NCBI GenBank assembly: GCA_965208545.1
Contig: OZ242341.1
Location: 2,015,380 to 2,079,379, forward strand
Reading direction: 5' to 3'
DNA length: 64,000 nt
Source of the DNA: Candidatus Poriferisocius sp.
GTDB taxonomy: Bacteria > Actinomycetota > Acidimicrobiia > Acidimicrobiales > Bin134
Of this stretch, positions 8,287 through 17,783 are shown piece after piece. The notes under the pieces were generated by a model. That model was given only the letters and a program-made list of their open reading frames with translations. It did not search any database and was not told the origin of the DNA. Every line of letters begins with the position of its first letter. Within the stretch, counting starts at the first letter, position 1. The position numbers and the translations under genes were made by a program.

Positions 8287-9909
8287 ATGGGCCAGATCGT
8301 CACCATGCTCATCAGCGTTGTCGGCGCGCTGGCCGTCACCGCGGTGCTGTTCATCGGGGCCGATCGAACCGTTGACTCCGCCCTGAACCGGTGGTCGGCG
8401 TTCACGGCCAGCGTCGGGGCGGTATTGGGCCTGATTATCGGGGCCGTGCTCCAGCACAACGGATGGGTACCCCAGGGACCGTCTATCGGCGGGCCGTTCG
8501 CCGAGGGATGGCTGGCCATCGTCATCAGCGGATTGATCTGCGGGGCCTTGGGCATGGTTGTGGGACGAGGGCTGGTCCCGACCCTGGAGCGGCGTATCCG
8601 CTTGGAAGGCGGACTCAGGCCGTGGGTGTTCGTGGGCCCGGCTCTTCTCTTCGTCGTCGGGGGCTTGGTCATCCCCGGCTTTCGCACCATGTGGCTGTCG
8701 CTCAAGAACGGTCCGAGAGGCCGGGAGCCTGGTTTCACCATCCAGCACTACGAGGAGATCTTCACCGACCGCACCTTCTTCTCCGTCGAAGGTTGGACCT
8801 CGATCTTCACCAGCCGCCTCTTCATCGTGGGCCTGGCCGCCGCCGCGGTGGCCGTCATCGCGGCGTGGGCCAGCGCATCTCGAATCGTCGGCGGTCCGCA
8901 GAGAGTCAAGGCGGCCCGAGGAACCATGAGAGTGCTGGGCGGTTTTGCTGCCCTCTTTGGAATCGCCGCTCTGGCCGGTTTCGTTGAATCGCTGGTCCGC
9001 GAGCCAAACCGATCAGCGATCGTGGACGTGCTCACCGTGGTGGTGTCGAGCCGAATCACGCTGGTCATAGTGGCTGCGGTGACAGCCGTCCTCGTGGTGG
9101 CGTGGCTGCTGGCCCGGCTGCGCAGGGGTGATCTGGAGATGGACTGGGGGTCGCCAACCTCCTCCATGATGCTGGTGCTCGCCATCGGCCTGGGCATCTT
9201 CGGCGCGCTGTCCACCCTGCGAGGCGTGGTGTGGAACAACATCTGGTGGGTGGTCACCGTGGCCGGGCTGTCCACCGTGTTGGGGCTGCTGCTGGCCATC
9301 TTGGCCGAGCGGGCCCGGGGCGAGCGGGTGGCCAAGACCCTGATCTTCATGCCCATGGCCATCTCCATGGTGGGCGCCGCGGTGATCTGGGACTTCATCT
9401 ACGAGGTCCAGCCCACCGGCAATCAGACCGGACTGCTCAACGCCATCCTCCAGGGCATCGGATTCCAACCCCGCGGCTTCTTCATCAACTCGTCGATGAT
9501 CCCGTGGAACAACTTCTGGATCATGTTCATCATGGTGTGGATCCAGACCGGATTCGCCATGGTCGTGTTGTCGGCCGCCATCCGGGCCGTTCCCGAGGAG
9601 CTCACCGAGGCGGCCCGGGTAGACGGGGCCAATGAGATCCAGGTCTTCTGGCGGGTGGTCGTCCCCCAGATCCGCCCCACCATCATCGTCGTGGTAACCA
9701 CGCTGATGGTGATCGTCACCAAGGTATTCGACCTGGTGAAGGCCACCACCAACGGCGCCAACCGCACCAACGTGCTGGCCAACGAGATGTTCGACCAGCT
9801 GCGCGACCGCAACTTCACCTCCAGCAGCGCGTTCGCGGTGGTGCTGCTGGCTCTGGTGCTGCCGGTGATGATCTACAACATCCGCAGACTCCAATCGGAG
9901 CTGAGATGA
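8287..9909 (+). CDS. ABC transporter permease (MalF-like, long N-terminal membrane extension)
   Basis: 540 aa, multi-TM, with the EAA loop EAARVDGANEIQVFWRVVVPQIRP. Confidence 0.85.
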   Translation: MGQIVTMLISVVGALAVTAVLFIGADRTVDSALNRWSAFTASVGAVLGLIIGAVLQHNGWVPQGPSIGGPFAEGWLAIVISGLICGALGMVVGRGLVPTLERRIRLEGGLRPWVFVGPALLFVVGGLVIPGFRTMWLSLKNGPRGREPGFTIQHYEEIFTDRTFFSVEGWTSIFTSRLFIVGLAAAAVAVIAAWASASRIVGGPQRVKAARGTMRVLGGFAALFGIAALAGFVESLVREPNRSAIVDVLTVVVSSRITLVIVAAVTAVLVVAWLLARLRRGDLEMDWGSPTSSMMLVLAIGLGIFGALSTLRGVVWNNIWWVVTVAGLSTVLGLLLAILAERARGERVAKTLIFMPMAISMVGAAVIWDFIYEVQPTGNQTGLLNAILQGIGFQPRGFFINSSMIPWNNFWIMFIMVWIQTGFAMVVLSAAIRAVPEELTEAARVDGANEIQVFWRVVVPQIRPTIIVVVTTLMVIVTKVFDLVKATTNGANRTNVLANEMFDQLRDRNFTSSSAFAVVLLALVLPVMIYNIRRLQSELR

Positions 9910-10841
9910 GTCCGGTAGACAAGGCGCTCATGCCCACCGGCCAGCGGATCCGCCGACTGGCGGCCACCACCCCCAGCTGGGTGATGTGGCTAATCGTGGT
10001 GGTTTGGACCGTGCCCACATTCGGGCTGTTCATCTCATCGTTCCGCAAGGTGCCCGACATCAACAGCTCCGGTTGGTGGACGTCGTGGAACGACATCAAC
10101 AACCTGACCCTCCAGAACTACCGCGACATCTTCCGGGAGAGTGCCGCTCAGCCGTCCATGTGGGAGTTTGCCCTCAACTCCCTCGCCATCGTGGTGCCGG
10201 CCACCATCATCCCCATCGCCATAGCCGCCTTCGCCGCCTACGGATTTGCGTGGATCGAATTCCGGGGCCGCAACTGGCTCTTCATCGCCCTGGTCTCCAT
10301 GATCGCCCTGCCCAACCAGATGGCTTTCGTGCCGCTGCTCCAGCTGTTCAACAACGGGGCCCGTCTCACCATCCCGGGGGTGGACTGGACTTTCGTTTTG
10401 ATCCCCGACGTCGGCGTGGCCAACACCGCGGCGGCGGTTTGGCTGACCCACACCGCGTTCGGGCTGCCGCTGGCCGTGCTGTTGCTGCACAACTTCATCA
10501 GCCAGCTTCCCCGCGAGGTGTTCGAAGCGGCCCGAATCGACGGCGCCACCCACTTCACCATCTTCTGGCGTTTGGTGGTGCCCCTGGCCCGACCGGCGTT
10601 GGCCGCATTCGCCGTCTTCCAGTTCCTGTGGACCTGGAACGACTACCTGATCGCCGCGGTGTTCCTCACCGACAACGAGCCCATGACGGTGGCGCTGGTC
10701 AATCTGGTGGGCGAGCGAGGCTCCAACTTCCAGCTCCGCTTCGCCTCCGCATTCGTGATCATGATCGTGCCGCTGATCGTGTTCTTCAGCCTTCAGCGCC
10801 ACTTTGTGCGGGGGCTCCTGGCCGGCTCCGTCAAGGGCTGA
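9906..10841 (+). CDS. ABC transporter permease (MalG-like)
   Basis: 311 aa with EAARIDGATHFTIFWRLVVPLARPALA. Its start overlaps the upstream stop (ATGA). Confidence 0.9.
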   Translation: MSPVDKALMPTGQRIRRLAATTPSWVMWLIVVVWTVPTFGLFISSFRKVPDINSSGWWTSWNDINNLTLQNYRDIFRESAAQPSMWEFALNSLAIVVPATIIPIAIAAFAAYGFAWIEFRGRNWLFIALVSMIALPNQMAFVPLLQLFNNGARLTIPGVDWTFVLIPDVGVANTAAAVWLTHTAFGLPLAVLLLHNFISQLPREVFEAARIDGATHFTIFWRLVVPLARPALAAFAVFQFLWTWNDYLIAAVFLTDNEPMTVALVNLVGERGSNFQLRFASAFVIMIVPLIVFFSLQRHFVRGLLAGSVKG

Positions 10842-10862
10842 GCGCGCCCTTCCCCGCCCCCA

Positions 10863-11939
10863 TCAGAGGACGTCGGCCACCGCTACCGGCAAGCCAGTCG
10901 CCATCGACCGTTGGCCGGCAACCCCCATGGCCACGCACACCATGGCGCCTTCGAGAGCCTTTATCGACTGGGCCTGGGCCTCGGCGCTGTTGCCTTCACC
11001 GATGGCCTCCAGGAATCGCTGGTGCTCCACAAAGCTCGAACCATGGTGGAACCCCTCGAATGGCGCTTCGACCGGCGCGGGCACAACCTCCACATTGCCG
11101 ATGGAGTGCTCGCCTCGGCGCCCGATTCGCACGATGTGCTCCGGCACCAGCGCCTCCGCCTTTCCGGCGTCGCCCATCACCGCGAATTCCTGCTGGTTGT
11201 GGGTGGCCTCGGCGAACATGCACAAATCGAGCATGGCCCGGGCGCCGTCGTCGTAGTCCACCACCACATAGGCGTTGTCGTCGATGTCGGGAGAAAGGCC
11301 CTCATAGCGCTCGTCGCGATGGTTCACGGCCTGGCTTCCCGAGGCGAACACCCGATCGGGCCGCCCGGGCATCACCAAGTTCATCAAGTCGAAGAAGTGG
11401 CAGCACTTCTCCACCAGGGTGCCCCCGGTGTTCTCAGAAAACCGGTTCCAGTCGCCCACCTTCGACAGAAACGGGAAGCGGTGCTCGCGCATCGAAACCA
11501 TCCGCACCCGGCCCACCACCCCTGCCTCCACCTCTTGGATGAGCCGGGCGAACGGCGCCATGTACCGGTACTCCAATCCCACCCGAATCACCCCGCGGTG
11601 GCTTGCAGCCGCGTCGATCACCCGGCGGCAATCGGCCACCGTGGTACACAGCGGCTTCTCCACCAGCACATGCAGATCGGACCCCAAAACGTCGCCCAAA
11701 ACGTCGGCATGGGTCATGTTGGGGGTGGCGATCACCACCGCATCGCAGACCTCGGATTCCAACAGGTCTCGATAGTCAGAGAAGCGCTCTGCCTGCGGGG
11801 CCAGGGCTCCGGCCGCCTCAAGAGACTGCGGGTGGGGATCGGCCAGCGCGGCCACCTCGGCACCGGGGAGGTGGGAGACGTTGGCGATGTGCTCTCGGCC
11901 CATCATGCCGGTCCCAATCACTCCGTAACGGATCACCAT
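10863..11939 (-). CDS. Gfo/Idh/MocA family oxidoreductase
   Basis: MVIRYGVIGTGMMGREH (Rossmann fold) ...LVEKPL... The ATG at 11939 was chosen because the upstream 85 codons of the ORF have no family features. Confidence 0.85.
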   Translation of the reverse strand: MVIRYGVIGTGMMGREHIANVSHLPGAEVAALADPHPQSLEAAGALAPQAERFSDYRDLLESEVCDAVVIATPNMTHADVLGDVLGSDLHVLVEKPLCTTVADCRRVIDAAASHRGVIRVGLEYRYMAPFARLIQEVEAGVVGRVRMVSMREHRFPFLSKVGDWNRFSENTGGTLVEKCCHFFDLMNLVMPGRPDRVFASGSQAVNHRDERYEGLSPDIDDNAYVVVDYDDGARAMLDLCMFAEATHNQQEFAVMGDAGKAEALVPEHIVRIGRRGEHSIGNVEVVPAPVEAPFEGFHHGSSFVEHQRFLEAIGEGNSAEAQAQSIKALEGAMVCVAMGVAGQRSMATGLPVAVADVL

Positions 11940-11987
11940 TTCCCCTCGAACGACGCTGGCGGAGGCTCGACACGATACCTTGATCCG

Positions 11988-12893
11988 GTGCCAGAACGCC
12001 TTGTCAACCCTGATCCCATCCCCCTCGGTAGCGACTTTCACATCGGACGACTGGGATTCGGCTGCTGGCGACTCGTCGGGCGCTCCGATTCCCACTACCA
12101 AGAGCTCTTGGAAGCGGCCCTGGGGCTCGGCATGAACCTGGTGGATACCGCCGATGTGTACGGACTCGACTGGGGCGGGACCGCCTTCGGCCAAGCCGAG
12201 GCCAATCTCGGGCGGGTGCTGGCGGCAGCGCCCGAGCTGCGGGACCGCATGGTTTTGGCCACCAAAGGGGGAATCACTCCGCCCACCCCCTACAACTCCG
12301 GCGCTTCGGCCATAACCGCGGCCTGCGAGGCGTCACTCGCCCGCCTCGGCACCGATGTGATCGATCTCTACCAAATCCATCGGCCCGACCTGTTCACCCA
12401 TCCCGGAGAGTTGGCCGAGGCGCTGGCCGCACTGCGGGACCAGGGCAAAATCCGCGAGGTAGGCGTCTCCAACTTCACCCCCCAACAGCACGAAGCCCTA
12501 GCGGCCCATCTGCCGTTCCCGCTGGCCTCCACCCAGCCCGAGTACTCGGCCGCGGAATTGGGCGCCCTGCGCGACGGCACCTTGGATCTCTGCATGCGCG
12601 ACGGGGTTGTCCCCCTGGCCTGGAGCCCGCTGGCCGGAGGCAGCCTCGCCACCGGGACCGACGTGCGGCCCGAGCTGATCGCCACCCTCGACCAGCTGGC
12701 CAAGCGCCACGACACCAGTCGAACCGCGGTGGCCCTGGCCTTCGTCTTGGCCCATCCGTCCCGCCCGGTGGCCCTGCTGGGAACGCAGAACCCCGAGCGG
12801 CTGGCCGAAGCGGCCCCGGCCGCCGCCGTCCCCCTCGAACGGGCCGACGTGTACGCCATCATCGAGGCCTCAGAGGGCGTGCCGTTGCCGTGA
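11988..12893 (+). CDS. aldo/keto reductase
   Basis: This is the C-terminal part of ORF 10911..12893: GRLGFGCWRL...LVDTADVYG...DLYQIHRPD...IREVGVSNF. The GTG at 11988 is in frame. Upstream codons are antisense to the Gfo/Idh/MocA gene. Confidence 0.85.
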   Translation: MPERLVNPDPIPLGSDFHIGRLGFGCWRLVGRSDSHYQELLEAALGLGMNLVDTADVYGLDWGGTAFGQAEANLGRVLAAAPELRDRMVLATKGGITPPTPYNSGASAITAACEASLARLGTDVIDLYQIHRPDLFTHPGELAEALAALRDQGKIREVGVSNFTPQQHEALAAHLPFPLASTQPEYSAAELGALRDGTLDLCMRDGVVPLAWSPLAGGSLATGTDVRPELIATLDQLAKRHDTSRTAVALAFVLAHPSRPVALLGTQNPERLAEAAPAAAVPLERADVYAIIEASEGVPLP

Positions 12894-13963
12894 GCAATTC
12901 GACTCCGGTGGAGGTGGCCTGGTTCGCCGCCTTGTGCGACGACGACTACGAATACCTGGGCGTAGCCGACCCCGAGCTGGCCAGCAGTTGGGAGCACTGC
13001 CGAGACATCACCTTGGCCGCCGACCGGCTCGGCTTCGACAACATCCTCTTGCCCTCGGGCTACACCCTGGGCATCGACTCCACCGCGTTCGCCGCCGCGG
13101 TGGCTCCGCACACCAGCAAGATCCAACTCCTCCTCGCGGTGAGGATGGGCGAGATGTGGCTCCCCCAACTCGCCCGCCAACTGGCCACCATCGACCGGAT
13201 GCTGGATGGCCGCCTCACCATCAACATCATCTCCAGCGACATCCCGGGCGAAGCGCTGGAATCCGAGCCCCGCTACCGCCGAACGCTGGAGTGGATGCAG
13301 GTGCTGCGAACGCTGCTCAACGGCAATCCGGTGGATTTCCACGGCGAATTTGTCGACCTGGCCCTCGATCCTCCTCGGGCCACCACCGTGTCGGGCCGCT
13401 GTCCCCCCTTCTACTTTGGCGGTTTCTCCGAAGCGGCCAAAGAAACCGCCGCAGCCGCAGCCGACGTCTTCCTCACCTGGCCGGACACGGTTGCCGGTGT
13501 CGCGTCCACCGTTGACGACATGAGGGCCCGAGCCCAACGCCAAGGCCGCACCCTGCGCTTCGGGCTGCGCAGTCACGTCATCGTGCGCCCCACCGCCGAA
13601 GAAGCCCGAGAAGCGGCCGCTCGACTGATCAGCCAGCTCGACGATGACACGGGCGAAGCAATCAGGCGGCGATCGCTGGACGCCACCTCGGCTGGGGTCC
13701 ACCGCCAATCCGAGCTACGTGATCTCAGCGACACTGACGGCTTCGTGGAGGACAACCTCTGGACCGGAATCGGCCGGGCCCGGTCAGGGGCAGGGGCGGC
13801 CATCGTGGGCTCGCCCGACGAAGTGCTGGCCAAGCTGAACGCCTACCGGCAGGCAGGCATCGACGCCTTCATCCTCTCGGGCTACCCGCATCTCCCGGAA
13901 TGCGACCGATTCGGCAGCATGGTCCTGCCCCAAATCGATCACGGCCCGCTCATCTGGAACTGA
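12890..13963 (+). CDS. LLM-class flavin-dependent monooxygenase, SsuD (alkanesulfonate monooxygenase)-like
   Basis: 357 aa, collinear with my recollection of E. coli SsuD (FGLRSHVIVRPTAEEAREAAARLISQLDDDT; NLWTGIGRARSGAGAAIVGSPDEVLAKLNAYRQAGIDAFILSGYPHL). Its start overlaps the AKR stop. Confidence 0.85.
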   Translation: MSNSTPVEVAWFAALCDDDYEYLGVADPELASSWEHCRDITLAADRLGFDNILLPSGYTLGIDSTAFAAAVAPHTSKIQLLLAVRMGEMWLPQLARQLATIDRMLDGRLTINIISSDIPGEALESEPRYRRTLEWMQVLRTLLNGNPVDFHGEFVDLALDPPRATTVSGRCPPFYFGGFSEAAKETAAAAADVFLTWPDTVAGVASTVDDMRARAQRQGRTLRFGLRSHVIVRPTAEEAREAAARLISQLDDDTGEAIRRRSLDATSAGVHRQSELRDLSDTDGFVEDNLWTGIGRARSGAGAAIVGSPDEVLAKLNAYRQAGIDAFILSGYPHLPECDRFGSMVLPQIDHGPLIWN

Positions 13964-13980
13964 GCTCAGCCGCTCTCTGG

Positions 13981-15165
13981 TCAACCCCGGATGGCCAGAC
14001 CGGTTTCCAGATCGAAGAAATGGGCATTCTCCATGGTGACCGCGGCCTCGATCACGTCTCCGGGCTGCACCGCAGTGGTGGGGTGGAACCGGGCGTGGAC
14101 TCGGGTGGAGTCCTGAGCGGCATCGGCCATCTGATCCTCGGTCAACTCCAGCGCCTCTTGTGAGATAACCGGCTTGGCGTCCAGTTCGAAGTATGCGATC
14201 ACCTCATAGCCCAGGGCCTCAGTGTGAGAGACATGCGCCCTCACCCTCTGATCGGCCGGGTGGTCAGAGGCGATGGCGGCATCCTCCAAGTCCTTGGGCC
14301 GCAGGCCAACCGCCACCGTCGAGCCCAGATAGCGCTCCAGAGCGGGTCGTTGTCCGAGCACCGAGTCGGGCACGGCCAGCGTCTGGCCTCCCAACTGCAT
14401 CTGCAAGCCTGATTCCTGACGGTGAACCACCGCCTCCATCAGGTTCATCGACGGGGAGCCGATGAACGCGGCAACGAAGATGTTGTCGGGCTCGTTGAAC
14501 AGCTTCATCGGACTGTCCACCTGCTGCAAGATCCCCCCGCTGATCACTGCCACCCGGTCGGCCATGGTCATGGCCTCCACCTGGTCGTGGGTCACATAGA
14601 AGGTGGTAACCCCCACCTCGCGCTGCAACTCGGTGATCTCGGCTCGCATCTGCACCCGGAGTTTGGCGTCGAGATTCGACAAGGGCTCGTCGAGGAGAAA
14701 CACCCGGGGGCGCCGCACGATGGCCCGTCCCATGGCCACCCGCTGGCGCTGGCCGCCCGACAACTGGGCCGGCCGTTTGTCGAGCTGGTTTTCCAACTCC
14801 AAGATGCGAGCCGCCTCGCCAACCCTTTCTCTGATCTCCGCTTTGGGGCGCTGTGAGAGCTTCAGCGAAAAGGCGATGTTGTCGAACACGTTCATGTGGG
14901 GATAGAGCGCGTAGTTCTGGAACACCATGGCGATGTCCCGGTCTTTGGGGGCAAGGGTGTTCACCACCCGGCCCCCGATTTGCAGTGTTCCCGAGGTGAT
15001 GTCTTCTAGGCCGGCGATCATCCGCAGGGTGGTCGACTTGCCGCACCCCGACGGGCCGACCATCACCAAGAATTCGCCCTCGTTGATCTCCAGGTTCAGG
15101 TCGGAGACCGCCACAAAGCCGTTGCTGTACTCCTTGTTGACATCCTCAAGTACGACATCGGCCAT
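13981..15165 (-). CDS. sugar ABC transporter ATP-binding protein (MsiK/UgpC/MalK-like)
   Basis: Walker A GPSGCGKST, signature LSGGQRQR, Walker B VFLLDEPLS, and a C-terminal MalK-type regulatory domain. Confidence 0.9.
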   Translation of the reverse strand: MADVVLEDVNKEYSNGFVAVSDLNLEINEGEFLVMVGPSGCGKSTTLRMIAGLEDITSGTLQIGGRVVNTLAPKDRDIAMVFQNYALYPHMNVFDNIAFSLKLSQRPKAEIRERVGEAARILELENQLDKRPAQLSGGQRQRVAMGRAIVRRPRVFLLDEPLSNLDAKLRVQMRAEITELQREVGVTTFYVTHDQVEAMTMADRVAVISGGILQQVDSPMKLFNEPDNIFVAAFIGSPSMNLMEAVVHRQESGLQMQLGGQTLAVPDSVLGQRPALERYLGSTVAVGLRPKDLEDAAIASDHPADQRVRAHVSHTEALGYEVIAYFELDAKPVISQEALELTEDQMADAAQDSTRVHARFHPTTAVQPGDVIEAAVTMENAHFFDLETGLAIRG

Positions 15166-15229
15166 CTGGCCCCCCTATTGGATCTTCAGCGCTCCGGGCT
15201 CGACGAAGCGCAATCCTAACTGGTGGGGA

Positions 15230-16339
15230 TCAGGCCCGGCGGACGGCGAGGATGGCCACGTCGTCGGTGATGGTGCCGTCGGCGAAGTCCCGAGCGGCCT
15301 CCAGCAGCGACTTGCACAGCACATCGGGGGAAACGGTGGGATCGCGGCGCAGATGCTGGGAGATGCGGTCCTCGCCGAATTGGGCGTCGCCGTAGCGCAC
15401 CTCGGCCAAGCCGTCGGTGTACATGAGCACCATGTCGCCTGAATCCAGGGGGATCTCCCGGCTGAAATAGGTGCTGTCGGTGTCGAGCATCAACAGGGCG
15501 CCGGTGGCCCGCAGCGGCTGCACCTCGCGCTCGTGCCACAGCCAGGCGGCCGGGTGGCCAGCGGAGGCGTAGCGCATGGACTGGGCCTCGGTGTCGAACA
15601 CCACGATCACCACCGAGATGAACTCCTCGGCCCGTTCGATGGACGACATTTGGGCGTTCAGCTCCTCAAGAGCCTGGGCCGGGTCGCGGAACTGGCGCAG
15701 GAACACCCGGAGCAGGTACTTGGCCTGGAATGCAGTGATGGACGACTCGATGCCCCGTCCGGCCACATCGCCGATGACGGCGGCCACCCGGGTGGGACCC
15801 ACCCGGAACACGTCGAAGAAGTCCCCGGCCATGACCCCCTCGCCGGCCTGGTACACCCGGCCCATCTCGTAGCCGACGAAGTCGGGCAGATCGTCGGGGG
15901 CCAGCCGCCCCGCCCATGCCTGGGGGGCGAGGTCGCCTTGGCTCAGGGTTTCCTCGGCCCGGCGCTCCATCTCGAACCGCTCCTGGGTGAGGCGGGCCTC
16001 GGCCACCGAGCGGCGCCCCCACCACAGCGGGAAGAGAGCGGGCACCACCACCAGGGCCAAAACGGCAGCCACCGCCCGGGACTCCAGCACCGCGGTCAGA
16101 GCAGCCACCACGGTCAGAGCCGCATACAACAGAGCCGAGTGGGCATCCCGGCGGAAGCTCGACTGGGCCAAGGTGTGGGCCGCCTCGTAGGCGGTCTCGC
16201 CCTCTTCGTCGTATCCCTCCCCGGCGTGGGTGTGCTGAACTCGGATCAGGAACCGTTGTCGGTGTCGGGCTGCTCGGGTGAAGACGCCGGCGGCAAATGC
16301 GCACACACCCGCGGTCAGCACGAGCAGGAGGGTTTCCAT
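15230..16339 (-). CDS. membrane-anchored PP2C/SpoIIE-family protein phosphatase
   Basis: N-terminal TM helices followed by a SpoIIE/PP2C core (GDFFDVF...AAVIGDVAGRGIESS...MYTDGLAE...DDVAILAVRR). Confidence 0.8.
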   Translation of the reverse strand: METLLLVLTAGVCAFAAGVFTRAARHRQRFLIRVQHTHAGEGYDEEGETAYEAAHTLAQSSFRRDAHSALLYAALTVVAALTAVLESRAVAAVLALVVVPALFPLWWGRRSVAEARLTQERFEMERRAEETLSQGDLAPQAWAGRLAPDDLPDFVGYEMGRVYQAGEGVMAGDFFDVFRVGPTRVAAVIGDVAGRGIESSITAFQAKYLLRVFLRQFRDPAQALEELNAQMSSIERAEEFISVVIVVFDTEAQSMRYASAGHPAAWLWHEREVQPLRATGALLMLDTDSTYFSREIPLDSGDMVLMYTDGLAEVRYGDAQFGEDRISQHLRRDPTVSPDVLCKSLLEAARDFADGTITDDVAILAVRRA

Positions 16340-16400
16340 CGCAGAAGATTACCCCGCAAAATGGCGGAATTCTTGCCGCTTTTGAGGCAATTGCCGGGGA

Positions 16401-17783
16401 TTACTCGCCCGAACGGCGGCGAACCCGCAGCTTGACCGGCACTGATCCCAAATCGAATGCCTCCCGAAAGCGGCGCTCCAGATAGCGCAGATAGGTGCGG
16501 GGAAGGGTCCGGTTGGCGAACAGCGTGAAAGTGGGGGGATCGGCCGCCCCTTGGGTGGCATACAGCACCCGGGCCCCGTCGGGAGCGGGATGGGCGGCCT
16601 GGGCGTCGCGCAGCACCCGGTTCACCGCCTGGGTGGGGATTCGCCGCCGGTACTCGGCGATCACCCCCCGAAGCTCGGGCAGGAGCCGGTTCAGCCCCTT
16701 GCCCGACTGGGCGCTCACCCTCAAAACCGCGGCGTCGCCCAAAAAGTGCAGGCGATGATCGATGTCGAGGGCTATCGCCTCCCGGGCCTCGGTGTCGAGC
16801 AGGTCCCACTTGTTAAGCAGCACCACGATGGGACATCCCGCCCCGTCGATGCGCTCGGCCAGGCGCTGGTCTTGGTGGGTGACCCCCACCGTGGCGTCTA
16901 CCACCAACAGGGCGATGTCGGATCGGTCGACCGCGGCCAGCGCCCGCAGCAGCGAGTAGTACTCGGTGGCCTGGTCGATGCGGGCCCGGCGGCGCATGCC
17001 CGCGGTGTCCACAAACCGGATCGGGCCCAACTCGGTTTCCACCACGGTGTCGATGGCGTCGCGGGTGGTGCCCGGCTGGTCGTGGACCACCGACCGGTCG
17101 TCGCCGATCAGCCGATTGAACAGGGTGGACTTGCCCGCGTTGGGCCGGCCCACGATGGAAACAGAAACGGTGGCGTCATCGGATCGCGCGGTGCGGTCAG
17201 AAACCATGTGGGCGTCGGACTCGGTAGCGCCCTCAGCCTCCGCGCCAGGCTCAGCTCCCTCCGCCGACTCATCGGGAAGCTCAGCCATCACCGCGTCCAG
17301 CAGGTCGCCCACTCCCCGTCCGTGCAGCGCGCTCACCGGGAACGGATCGCCCAGCCCCAGGCCGATGAATTCCCAGATGAGGTTCTCGTGAACCTCGTCG
17401 TCCACCTTGTTCACCGCCACCAACACCGGCCCGGCCCGGCCCCGCAGCCGCCCTGCCACTCCCTCGTCATCGCCGGTGATGCCCGCCTGGGAGTCCACCA
17501 CCAACACCACCACGTCGGCGTCGGCCATCGACCTCTCGCTCTGGGCGGAGACCTTGGCGTCCATCGAGGCGTTGTCGCCCGCGCCCTGGGGTAGCCAGCC
17601 GCCGGTGTCCACCACCGTGAACTCCCGCCCCTGCCAACTGGCGGGCATCTCCTTGCGGTCGCGGGTTACTCCGGGCTGTTCGGCCACGATGGCCTCTCGG
17701 CGGCCCAGAATCCGGTTCATGAGCGTGGACTTGCCCACGTTGGGCCGTCCCACGATCGCCACCGAGGGCAATGAGCTAGCCAT
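16401..17783 (-). CDS. der: ribosome-associated GTPase Der (EngA)
   Basis: Two tandem GTPase domains (VAIVGRPNVGKSTL and VSIVGRPNAGKSTL) plus a KH-like C-terminus. Confidence 0.95.
   Translation of the reverse strand: MASSLPSVAIVGRPNVGKSTLMNRILGRREAIVAEQPGVTRDRKEMPASWQGREFTVVDTGGWLPQGAGDNASMDAKVSAQSERSMADADVVVLVVDSQAGITGDDEGVAGRLRGRAGPVLVAVNKVDDEVHENLIWEFIGLGLGDPFPVSALHGRGVGDLLDAVMAELPDESAEGAEPGAEAEGATESDAHMVSDRTARSDDATVSVSIVGRPNAGKSTLFNRLIGDDRSVVHDQPGTTRDAIDTVVETELGPIRFVDTAGMRRRARIDQATEYYSLLRALAAVDRSDIALLVVDATVGVTHQDQRLAERIDGAGCPIVVLLNKWDLLDTEAREAIALDIDHRLHFLGDAAVLRVSAQSGKGLNRLLPELRGVIAEYRRRIPTQAVNRVLRDAQAAHPAPDGARVLYATQGAADPPTFTLFANRTLPRTYLRYLERRFREAFDLGSVPVKLRVRRRSGE

Noticed and set aside
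10911-11987. N-terminal 359 codons of the 660-aa plus-strand ORF 10911..12893
   Set aside because: This part is antisense to the Gfo/Idh/MocA gene and has no family features. Only the C-terminal aldo/keto reductase portion (from GTG 11988) is credible.
12368-13708. 446-aa minus-strand ORF
   Set aside because: It is a shadow ORF antisense to the AKR and LLM genes.
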